A stretch of DNA of 54,010 nucleotides, from the NCBI RefSeq assembly GCF_001194135.2, contig NC_069000.1, forward strand, positions 34,191,534 to 34,245,543, in the 5' to 3' direction. The stretch is from Octopus bimaculoides (Eukaryota). A program made the translations under genes and the position numbers. The notes below the pieces were generated by a model, which was not told where the DNA came from, ran no database searches, and saw nothing but the letters and a program-made list of their open reading frames with translations. Positions 23,431 to 34,009 of this stretch are shown in pieces (the stretch's first letter is position 1; each line of letters starts with the position of its first letter).

Positions 23431-24805
23431 ATCACACATACACATATATATAGATATATATACATACACATACATATGTATGTATGTATGTCATTATTCA
23501 GTTTTATTTCAAGATTTTTTGCCAATGGAGAAAGAACTGATTTCTTACTTAGGTCCAATGTTCCTTCATTGGAACTTCAACATCAACAACAGGGTATTTT
23601 TGTTTGTATGTATACATGTAGATTCATATGTTTTGTTTTATGTATGTCTTCTCATGCATATAATTGCTCATATATACTTAAATGATAAACTTCTGGAAAG
23701 TTTTACAGATTTTTACAATTCTCAGTCAAATCGTCCAACCCATGCTAGCATGGAAAGCAGACGTTTAAACGATGATGATGATGACGAGTGGTGGTTTGGA
23801 TCTGTAGTCTTTAAATCAGCTTTCTCCTGTAGTGTAACTCTAAATGTGCATTCGAACGGACCAACTGGCTTTTTGCCACTGTTTGGATCCCATTGTGTCC
23901 ACTGCTCTGGTTGGTTGGTGTTAGTGCAATTTGTCTCCTACCCTGTTGTACCAGCTGACTGCAGATAGCCAACCAGAGGCTATAGATGGGATCACGTGAA
24001 CAACCTTTTTCAAACCCTATTTTGAGCCTACTACTTTCTATAAAAACCCAGCTTTTTCCTCAATATATGTCTTTCGGTTCCAGACCTTTTTAGGTCTAGC
24101 CACTGACCACAAAGACACAGCCAATTCTGGTGACAACACCACAGCAGCCACGTTGAGACTTACTAACTTCGTCCAACAGCATCATGGCAACCTCCATCTT
24201 CATTGCCACCATCATGTCCTTAATGTCGTCAACGTCATCTCTCTATGTACACAGCTCAGCATGCAACTCGCCCAGGTTCCAACACTTCTCTGTTCGTAAA
24301 TTACTTCACCATGGGTCAACAGTGAATATACAACCTGCAAGAACTCCTATACCAAGTGACCCAGGCAGCAGCATCACAGCCACAACTCCACGTGCAACAT
24401 TTACCTGCAACCAACTCAGCATCATGGCCGCAGCTTCTTGATGCAGTATTTCAACTACCGTGTACTAATGACTATCAACTGGTATTATTTATCTTATTTG
24501 TGTCTATGAACATTCTGCTCACTTCTCTTTATAGACTCTTTCACAGTCTATTTATCAACATACTGAAACATACACCACACACACACACACACATATCCAT
24601 GCCTATACACACATATGTGCATAAACTTTCTTCTCATAATGACCTGTCAATTTATTTCTGTATCCATGATGCACACACACAGACACAAATGTTATTATAT
24701 CAATAAATCTTCTCTTAATCATTCTAAGTGGTTGTGTCTCCTTTTTTCCCTCTGACACTTATATGTACTATTCGAGTCCATTTATTGCATCGACCGTGTG
24801 ATGTA

Positions 24806-25260
24806 CTAAAGAGCCATTCCTGTCATCTCGCATTGCATGGTCCTTACACTCCTTTTTGGTTTTGAGAAGCCTAATTTCTCAAGACTGGTATTTAGGCAGT
24901 GTGTTACATATCCCAGTGCCCTAATAATTACAGGTATAAACCTGAACTTGTAATCTGGATAGAGTAACTGCAGATTTTTCAATAGTTCAGCATAGGTATT
25001 CTCTTTTTCACTGATCTTCAGCTTTATCTTAACATCTGCTGGGAAGCTGATTTCCACAACTGCACACAGTTTCTCTTCTCTGTCCCAAATCAGTATATCA
25101 GGTCTATTGTGTTTACATTTTATTGAGGTTTTCACTGGGACATTCCACCAGCACTCCTTTTTATTATGAGTGGCTATGGCTTCCACCCTACCATGCTTGC
25201 ACTTGTAACCTTTACCATAACTTTGTAACATGTGCCAATGCTTTTGTGAAATGTTTTAGA
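24806..25260 (-). mobile_element. non-LTR retrotransposon restriction-like endonuclease domain remnant
   Basis: ORF 24806-25231: KHNRPDILIWDREEKLCAVVEISFPAD..IKLKISEKENTYAELL..LQLLYPDYKFRFIPVIIRALG, a PD-(D/E)xK RLE signature (HNRPDI..D....C.I.EIS.P; EK..KY; IPV.IGALG). Confidence 0.8.
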
Positions 25261-25511
25261 TGTCATGGATACCCTCTCAGTCCTTCAACCATTGATGTAG
25301 TAGACCATCAATGATGCAACAGTCTTGAAGGTGTGAAGACTGCATCAGGAGATGGCTGGTATTTTCTTTATTGATCCCAAAAAAAGATGAAAGATAAAAA
25401 TTGATCTCAACTGGATTTGAATTCAGGTTGCAAGGAGCTGAAACAAAAATCACAACACATTTTGTGCAATAATTTAATGTGTCTCTCCATTGAGCATTCT
25501 ATGTACATACA

Positions 25512-25646
25512 AAGGCGCAGGTATGCTTGAGTGGTAAGAAGCTTGTTCTACTACATGCCACCTTGGGCAAGTGTCTTCTATCATTGTCTCTGGCTGACCA
25601 AAGCCTTGTGAAAGGATTTGGTTGATGGAAAATGAAAGAACCCCAA

Positions 25647-25718
<72 letters not shown>

Positions 25719-25960
25719 NNNNNNNNNNTGCTTACCAACCACATAGTCCCGGGTTCAGTCCCACTGCGTGGCACCTTGGGCAAGTGTCTTCTACTATAGC
25801 CTTGGGCCGACCAAAGCCTTGTGAGTGGATTTGGTAGACGGAAACTGAAAGAAGCCCGTCGTATATATGTATATATATATGTATGTGTGTATGTGTTTGT
25901 GTGTCTGTGTTTGTCCCCCCAACATCGCTTGACAACCGATGCTGGTGTGTCTATGTTTGT
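25512..25960 (+). mobile_element. two family-A SINE segments separated by (TA)n and a 10-N gap
   Basis: Heads at ~25512 and 25729 (cttaccaaccacatagtcccgggttcagtcccactgcgtggcaccttgggcaagtgtcttctactatagcc). Confidence 0.8.
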
Positions 25961-26008
25961 CTTCCACCACTGCTTAACAATTGGTTTTGGTTTGTTTACA
26001 TCCCTGTA

Positions 26009-26157
26009 TACATTATTTACATTTGACGGATATTTGTCCTCATCTTGTTTGTTGTTAACACAACGTTTCAGCTGATATACCCTCCAGCCTTCATCAGGTG
26101 TCTTGGGGAAATTTCGAACCTGGGTTCTCATTCCTAAGGTATTTTTTGATGTTGTTG

Positions 26158-26188
<31 letters not shown>

Positions 26189-26275
26189 CATTATTATTCA
26201 GGTCACTGCCTGAAATTGAACTCGGAATCTTGGGGTTAGTAGCCCGTGCTCTTAACCACTACACCATATGCCCGT
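26009..26275 (-). mobile_element. tRNA-headed non-autonomous element with PLE-like, hammerhead-containing 3' end
   Basis: Minus: acgggcatatggtgtagtggttaagagcacgggctactaaccccaagattccgagttcaatttcagg (A box tggtgtagtgg, B box gagttcaatttc) + (AAT/AAC)n spacer + hammerhead + tail gacaaatatccgtcaaatgtaaataatgta. Confidence 0.7.
26057..26102 (-). ncRNA. minimal type-I hammerhead ribozyme motif
   Basis: GACAC-CUGAUGA-A-GGCUG-GAGGGUAUAU-CAGCU-GAAAC-GUU-GUGUU: helix I GACAC/GUGUU, helix II GGCUG/CAGCU, helix III the palindrome ACGU; predicted cut after GUU between 26062 and 26061. Confidence 0.7.
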
Positions 26276-26808
26276 CAAATGTAAATAATATATCCGTCAA
26301 ATGTAAGTAATGTCCATAGTTCCTCATCTCTTAAATATAGAACTGTACATCCCTGTATCTTAAGCAGTTTGGCAAACAGAGACTGATAGTATGAGTAGCA
26401 GTTTTAAAGAAAAAATAAGCACTGGGGCCAATTCATTTGACTAAAAAGTCAAGGCAGTGCCACAGCATGGCCACAGCATGGCCACAGCATGGCCACAGTG
26501 TCATGACTGAAACAGACAAAGGAGAAAAGAGAAAACGTGTGTGTGCCTGTGTGTGTTACACTGATTTAAAAGCTATTGCAGGTGTTGGTTATGTCCCTTT
26601 ATGACCTGTAACTTAACAGTTTGGCAAAATAAATAACAGATTGATATGAATTACAGGGAATTAATATGATAAACTAAAATCTTTTGAAGTTGGTGCCCCA
26701 GCATGGTCACAGTCTACTCATTGAAAGTTGTAAAAGAAAATGCTGAAAGTAGGTGTATGTGTACTTGCAAATGTGTATGAGTCAAACTGAAGTATGTATA
26801 TGTGTGCA

Positions 26809-26857
<49 letters not shown>

Positions 26858-27013
26858 AATAAAATAAAATAGAAGGAAAAACAGATGAAAAAGCTTTAAT
26901 GACCATTGTTAGAGAGAAAGAGGCAAATTTTTAGTCAGTGTCAAAAGCCATTACAAAATAGAAAGTGAGAGGAAGAGAAGGACAAGGAAAAATAAAATTG
27001 CACTTGAAAAACG

Positions 27014-27055
<42 letters not shown>

Positions 27056-27074
27056 CAGATAGACAGATAGATAT

Positions 27075-27105
<31 letters not shown>

Positions 27106-27122
27106 TATATATATATAGATAG

Positions 27123-27153
<31 letters not shown>

Positions 27154-27235
27154 GGTAGATAGATAGATATAGTTAGCTAGATAGATAGAAAAAACAGAGA
27201 CAGATAGATTGGTAGATAAATAAAGAAATAGATAG

Positions 27236-27286
<51 letters not shown>

Positions 27287-27382
27287 TAGATATAGATATA
27301 AATAGACCGACAGATAGATAGATAGATATTGTTAGGTAGTTAGAAAAGATAGAGACAGATAGATTGGTAGATAAATAAAGAA

Positions 27383-27431
<49 letters not shown>

Positions 27432-27440
27432 AAGATAGAT
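27014..27440. repeat. compound (GATA)n/(GA)n microsatellite
   Basis: Direct reading. Confidence 0.95.
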
Positions 27441-28264
27441 AGTCAGACAGGCAGAGAGGAAGGCAAGCAGATATAGAGTAATAAATTGATGGAGAGAGAG
27501 AGAGAGAGATGTGTAAATAAGGTCAGATATAAAACAATAATGCTGTGATGTATAATGAGTGATAGATAGATAAATGATTAAGTAAATGACTAGCTGGCTA
27601 GCTGGCTGGCTGGCTGGCTGGATAGTCAGTGTCAGATAGAAATGATTGTTAAATTAGATTAACATTATGGAATATATAAACATTGACATTACGGAATAAA
27701 TAAACATTGATATTATGGACAAGATAAACAACCATGAAATAGAAAGATAACTAAACTTAATGCTGTGCCTGTGTAAGCTAGCGTTCTGTTCGCAAACTTA
27801 AGATAAGGATATGGGTTCTGGATTCAAGATATGAACTCAAACCATAGGGAATTAAATCATCCTCATCATCATCATCATCCAACATCTATTTTTCAGTCTA
27901 GCATGGGTTGGATGGCTTGACTGGAAATGGCAAGGCCAGGGGGCCACACCAGGTTCCTTAGTTTGTTTTGGCTTGGTTTCTACAGCTGGATGCTCTTCCT
28001 AATGCCAACCACTCTACAGAGTGTACTAGGTGCTTTTAATGTGGCTCCATGACCAGTGCTTTTTATGTGGCACTGGCACCAGTGCTTTTTATGAGGCGCC
28101 AGCACCCACACCAATGCTTTTTATGGGGCACTCTGGTTTTAGGATCTCAATTGAGCTGGGAAGGTCTTCTAGAGTACAGCAATGCACCTCATTATTATTA
28201 TCATCTGTGGCATTTAGCCCATCTTTACATCCTGAGCTCAAATTCTGCTGAGGTCAACCTTACC

Positions 28265-28571
28265 TTGTAAGCCTAGTACTTATTCTATCAGTCTTTTTTG
28301 CTGAACCGCTAAGTTACGGGGACGTAAACACACCAGCATCGGTTGTCAAGCGATGTTGGGGGGACAAACACAGACACACACACATATATATATATATACA
28401 TATACATATATACGACGGTCTTCTTTCAGTTTCTGTCTACCAAATCCACTCACAAAGCTTTGGTTGGCCTGAGGCTATAGTAGAAGACACTTGCCCAAGG
28501 TGCCACGCAGTGGGACTGAACCTGGAACCATGTGGTTGGTAAGCAAGCTACTTACCACACAGCCACTCCTG
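28265..28571 (-). mobile_element. family-A SINE
   Basis: High similarity to 15372-15824. Confidence 0.85.
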
Positions 28572-28589
28572 TATATATATATGTGTGTG

Positions 28590-28762
28590 TATGCTTTTAT
28601 TAAAGTTGCAAAATTTTCACAAGACTTAGTCAGAGTTTCACATTTCCATTCGTTGGACAGTTCTGATGAATATTGTGAATTCATCACAACTGTCCAATGA
28701 ACAGGAATGCGAGAGTCTGAGTAACAATTTCATGAAAAATTTGCAGCTTTAATAAAGGCATA
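28590..28762. repeat. palindrome, ~85-bp arms, each arm a decayed hammerhead-like PLE terminus
   Basis: tatgcttttattaaagttgcaaaattttca...ggacagttctgatgaat pairs with attcatcacaactgtcc...tgaaaaatttgcagctttaataaaggcata. Confidence 0.8.
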
Positions 28763-29419
28763 TTACTCTACCTTTGGTATTCGAGTACTATTTGCTTTCC
28801 ACCTTGTTTTGCATTTTTTGTGCTTGTTTGTGCGTATGTATATGTATATGGATGTATATGTGCATGATGGGTTTCTTTCAGTTTCCACACGTCAAATTCC
28901 CTCACAAGGCTTTGGTTAGCCCAAGGACATAGTAGAAGACATTTACTCAAGGTGCCACATAGTGGGACCGAACCTGAAACCATGCGGTTGGGAAGCAAAC
29001 TTCTGAATTGCACAACCACACTTGTGTCTATGTGTATACATATACACATAAACAATCATACACACACACACACATCTAATACCATCACAGAATAAAGCAG
29101 ATAGGGAAAGTCTGATTACATAGAAAGAGAGAGAGAGAGGGAGGGACGTGAAAGAGAGAGACTGCTTTGACATGAATAAATAAGACAAACAGACAGACAT
29201 CAAGGCATAAGTAGACAGGGACAGAGACATGGTTGAGTAGACATCAGTGATGTTATGATATCACAGTAGACCATGTGACATCACAGGAGGTTGCAGTAGT
29301 GAGAACTGTGGTGGTGGTGGTGGTGGTGGTGGTGGTGGTGTGGAGCTGCACAATGATCTGAATGGTCTTGAAATCCATTCATAGACTGATAGGCTATATG
29401 GAATGTTATGTTTGAGTAT

Positions 29420-29423
<4 letters not shown>

Positions 29424-29503
<80 letters not shown>
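29424..29503. repeat. (GT)n microsatellite
   Basis: Direct reading. Confidence 0.95.
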
Positions 29504-29504
<1 letters not shown>

Positions 29505-30097
29505 GGAGTTTGTGTTTGAACAGAAGGCAGTGGAAGAGGAGGAGTAAGAGCAGAGAGTAATTATACTGTGAAAGAAAGAGACAGACGGAGAGGGAGAGGA
29601 TGAAAAAGAAGGAGAGAAAGAGGGAGAGAGAAAGGGGAGAGAGAGAAGGGAGAGACAGAGAGAGAAAGGGGAGAGAGGAGAGAGAGAGAAAGAGAGAGAG
29701 GTGATATGAGTCAGAAACTGGAGAGGAAAAGAGTAAGAGTGAGTTAGGAGAGCAAGAACACACAACTAGATTGAGAAGAGAGTGAGGGTGGGGAGCAGGA
29801 TGTGTGTGTGTGTGTGTGTATGTATAAGAAAGAGTAAAACAGTAAGGATAGAAAGAAGAGAGGGGGAAATGGGAGAGGGAGAGATTGTACAGTATAGTAA
29901 TTAATGAGTGGAGAAAGCAATTGTTGAGTTGGTTGAAAACTTGAGTGAGAACCTGATTGGATGTTGAGTGTAAGTGTGAGTATGAGCTGTACAGAAAATT
30001 ATGCTTGAGTGTGCTTGGGAGTTGAGAGTGTCTCTAAATAGATGCATGGTATGGAGAGATGTGTGCAATGGAATTTATGTGTGAGAGTGTATGTGTG

Positions 30098-30410
30098 TGG
30101 AGTGAAGGTGCATGGCTTAGGGGTTAGGGTTAGGGTTCACGACTGTAAGGTTGTGGTATCGGTTCCAGATGGTGTGTTGTGTCCTTGAGCAAGACGCTTT
30201 ATTTCACATTGTTTCAAGTTCATTAGCTGCCAAAAATGAGTAGTACCTGTATTTTAAAGAGACAGCCTCGTCACACTCAGTGTCATGCTGAATCTCCTTG
30301 AGAACTATGTGTCTGTGGAGCACTCAGCCACCTGCACATTACTTTCACAAGCAGACTGTTCCGTTGATTGAATCAACTGGAACCCTTGTCCTCATAACCG
30401 ACAGCGTGCA
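30098..30410 (+). mobile_element. near full-length family-C SINE (tRNA head + CORE-like segment)
   Basis: gaaggtgcatggcttag..gttaggg..ggttgtggtatcggttcc...gtgtccttgagcaagacgctttatttcac...ctgtggagcactcagccac. Confidence 0.8.
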
Positions 30411-30569
30411 CGTGCCTGTGCACGCGCGCGCGCGTGTGCACAGGATTTCATTTGATTTTGCTTTTCTCATAAATGTTTACATCCATTCCAGATGTTTACA
30501 CGTAAAGATATACGCATGCATAAGGTGTACACAAACATACATATCAACTGGAGTTGAAGGAGAAAGGAT

Positions 30570-31225
30570 TAGTTTAAATGCAGATTACTTGGTGTCTCTG
30601 GATCTGTCTAGTTCTTACACTGATGTCACTAATCCCTAGTCTATGTTGAATGGCTCATCCTTCGCAGGGGAAAGACTTAGCGTTAACGAGCAGCTATCTA
30701 TTTCACTTCATAAAGAGCATGAAGTCTACCTGGCTTGCATGCTCACCTGAATGGTAGGGGATCAAGTAAATGGAGTTTTCATGAAGTCAGTGTTCCAAAT
30801 GATTAAGGAATTGCATAAAATGGCCTCATAGACATGGTCCTTTTGCTCATCTGTTTGTTCCAGTTAAGGTGCATAGACGGAGATCCCTATTTCTGTTGTA
30901 TTGCCTATGACTAGTCTAAGCTTAATTACTCTGTCACATACCCTGACGACCGCATTTACTTCATTTCTCTACCAACAAAATGCCTTAACTATTCAGTCCA
31001 GCAAATGTTTTCCACTCAATAGAATTTGTACATGTGTTTTTTGATCATGGCAAAGAATCTGGTAATGGTTCACCTCCATCCTGGTTCTGGTACACAGTAC
31101 ATATTCAATCATCTCCAGGATAACACCTTTACAATATTTCCAAACCTACTTTTCATCCTGCTGATAGTCACTATCCTGAATTTAAGCATCTCACAAGCTA
31201 AGAAAAAGTTTCTTGTAGTGACTGG
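30570..31225 (-). mobile_element. RTE-clade LINE apurinic endonuclease (APE) remnant
   Basis: Stitched minus frames: CVPEPGW(R), AVVRVCDRVIKLRLVIGNTT, SVYAP, QTDEQKDHVYEA, NTDFMK, YHSGEHASQVDFML, NAKSFP, ISDI; these match the APE motifs CVQE.RW, SVYAP, YxSG...QIDY/F. Confidence 0.7.
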
Positions 31226-31321
31226 GTTGTTTACAACATTTGAAAGAGGAAGAATTGCATGCATAAGTGCATGTATGTAAGTATATACATGCATCTACGC
31301 ATGTGTGTATACGCACTTGCT

Positions 31322-31372
<51 letters not shown>

Positions 31373-31488
31373 CATAATAGGGTAAAAATTCAATATTAAT
31401 TAATATCAATTTAATACCAGGAAACCAGCACATTAAAAGAATCAGAAGGTTCAAAAAAAATTTTTCGGAGATCCTAAAAGGATTATAG

Positions 31489-31648
31489 TACTTGTGTATA
31501 TAAAAGAGACCACTAAGTGGTCTGTTAATGTGCTAGAAAAAGGTCACTTAAAAAATTCTCAAAGAAAGATTCAGTGGAGAATTTTTTAAGTGACCTTTTT
31601 CTAGCATATTAACAGACCACTTACTGGTCGCTTTTATATACACAAGTA
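31489..31648. repeat. near-perfect hairpin, 72-bp arms, 16-nt loop
   Basis: 31489-31560 vs 31577-31648 differ at 3 positions by eye. Confidence 0.9.
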
Positions 31649-31839
31649 TCTATATATATATACATATTTCCCAAGCAAACATTGAATATTCACATGCTTC
31701 CCTGTCAGCATTTATGAATATACGTTTCTGATACACTCTTACAAGGGTAATATATCTTGGGTACATTAAACAGAAAGTTTACTTCTATGAACTTTGGTTT
31801 TTACAAAGATGAAAAGACAGCTAGAGGGCATATGCCAAA

Positions 31840-32700
31840 TACACTAAAAATGGATATCCTCTAAGCATTTAGTACTTCTGGCCTTAAAATCACCTTAGCA
31901 ACAAAGTTAACCATAATTGATTTCCTGGATGTTATTGAAGGTGTAAATACTATTTCATACAAACCGTTTAGAAACCAAACGGAAATTTCATATAAAGACA
32001 GGTTAAGGTTTTATTCTACCAACCTATGAAAATAGAAGGATTTAAAATCTACACTTTAGCATTGAGATCTTTGTCAAGGAAGCCCCTTACTACAATGACA
32101 CCTTAGAAACGAATAGATTCAAAGATAAGATCATGTGTATCTCTAATCCAGGATCCCTCCGAATAGAAAAGGTATTGTAATATGATTTAGTTTACACGCC
32201 AACTCGCTAAACGTTCAGTTCAATATAGCAGGAACCTTTCTAAATTTAATCGATAAGCACTTCCCCATTGGCTATTGATATACGAAACTATCCAACAGAC
32301 AACTAATAACGTAAGTTTTAGCTATCCAGTTAATATGGAGAATATTATATCTCATAAACCTACCGCATCTTTTGAGGTCGATTGCTCATATAGAAATACA
32401 TATATGCCAACTGAATGGATCTGTAATCCAGAGACTATTATATACGAAACCAAAGTTAACTCAAACATTCTGAATCTTGATAGGACTAAACACCCTATAA
32501 GATATGACAGATGGGAAATTCAAGAAGAGATTTTATTATACTTCTTTATTCTCAAACGTTGACAAATGAAAAAAGCATCAAGCACCAAGACACTCAAGTT
32601 ATGTCTATTCATTAATGAAATAAGTTTTGAACTACGATATCAACGCTTTATAAAAACGTCAGCTCTACGAACTGAACTGAAAAGACTCTTTTCTGAAAAA
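31840..32700 (+). mobile_element. decayed Penelope-like element (RT thumb + GIY-YIG region)
   Basis: Frames give GLKIT...IDFLDV...SYKPFR, FVKEAPYYNDTL, VQFNIAGTFLNLIDKHFP, NNVSFSY..NMENIISH, CNPETIIYETKVNSN, KKASS.K.LKLCLF; the order and spacing match PLE polyproteins. Many stops and frameshifts. Confidence 0.75.
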
Positions 32701-33559
32701 GTCACTGTGACAAGGATTATATTTGACTCTGAGTCCAGGAAATGTAGATAAATTCATCTCACGTAACGACCGCAACCATTAAGAATTAAAAATTGCGCTT
32801 TTACATTAGTGGAGAGGTGAGCGCATATATGCAGAACTTTAGGGGTATGTATATGTCTAATTGTGCTACATATTTCCAAAACTACCAAGCCCTTAATGTT
32901 TTTCATCTTATTATCAAACAGTAGCTCCATACTTTTCCAGTTTTTTTTATCGAGTTGTAAAATTTTAAAAAATTCATTGTAAGTGATGTAACTCCTTTAA
33001 TTAATTTTTCATTTATCTCCTTCTGAACATAATTTTTTAACTTAACAAACTGAGTTTTTACCTGGATGCTTTAAATGCTCCAAACGGATCATTTAAACGG
33101 AGAAGTGAATATAACTTCTCTATGTTCAACGATTTATTACTTAGTTGATGTCCAGAAGTCTGATGATTGATGTTCGGTTTAAAAGTAGACAATATGAAAC
33201 CATCGGCAACCACATAGATTGAAAAGAATTTATCAATGCGCACGCACACACACACATTTGTATATATTTACGTTTATTTGTATGTATTTATGTATGTTTG
33301 CACGTATCTATTTATGTATTCATTCATATGCATGGACTTAGAAATTCTGCGATAGTGTCCATGCACTCTAAGACCACTTAGAGTGAGGCATTCCTTAGCT
33401 TTCTTTAAAATATGTCTCTATTACGTTACTTTGATATAAAACCCGTTGTGGAGGTAATGGTTTTGATAATTTTGGTTATTTACGGTACACGTCCGAGCCT
33501 GCAACTTCTATTGGATACCAGACATCTTGCATCGGCTTGTCTTCGTATGATGCAGTCAC

Positions 33560-33720
33560 TGCTGTCATGAAAAACAAAGTACTTGAGTTGCTTGGCCACA
33601 CTATGCGAATGGTTTATGACTTCAGCAAGATCTGTTTGGAAGGCATGATTAAGGGAAAGAGAAACAGAGGTCCGCAACTTAAGAGATGGAGAAAAAACAG
33701 CACTGCATGGACTTGAATAC
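33560..33720 (+). mobile_element. RTE-like LINE 3' ORF fragment
   Basis: KNKVLELLGHTMR...CLEGMIKGKRNRGPQLKRW...AWT matches the RTE motif (F/L)GH.MR..LEG.I.GKR.RGR..KRW. Confidence 0.6.
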
Positions 33721-34009
33721 TATGGAGGCAACTAACTCATGTTGATGCGCATTCTGCCGCTGGCGGAAATAGCAGGAAATGATGATGTATCATGCTGATA
33801 TAAGGAGGAGGGTCTACGAGATGTTGTGCAAGTCTTATTAGACCTGGGATTTTGCATGGGCATTGCTGACTATCCTATTGTTAGTCATGGTCTTTTTCGA
33901 ACATCAGTGAACAACCATCGTCATCATTAGTTTCATCCATCCATCCATCTAGCCAGCCGTCTGTCCATCCATCGGTTCATCCATGTGGATGGTGATTATG
34001 ACATCAGTC

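Noticed and set aside
23387-23968. 193-aa ORF and a possible exon FFANGERTDFLLRSNVPSLELQHQQQ
   Set aside because: The ORF stitches a MITE end, microsatellite and repeat pieces; the internal exon-like part is not recognisable and its donor is weak.
26200-26275. tRNA-like sequence as a true tRNA gene
   Set aside because: It has A/B boxes but no complete acceptor stem, and runs into a repeat body; treated as a SINE head.
30117-30138. TTAGGG-like triplet as interstitial telomere
   Set aside because: It lies within the family-C SINE head (other copies have ctagtggttaggg), so it is better explained by local slippage.
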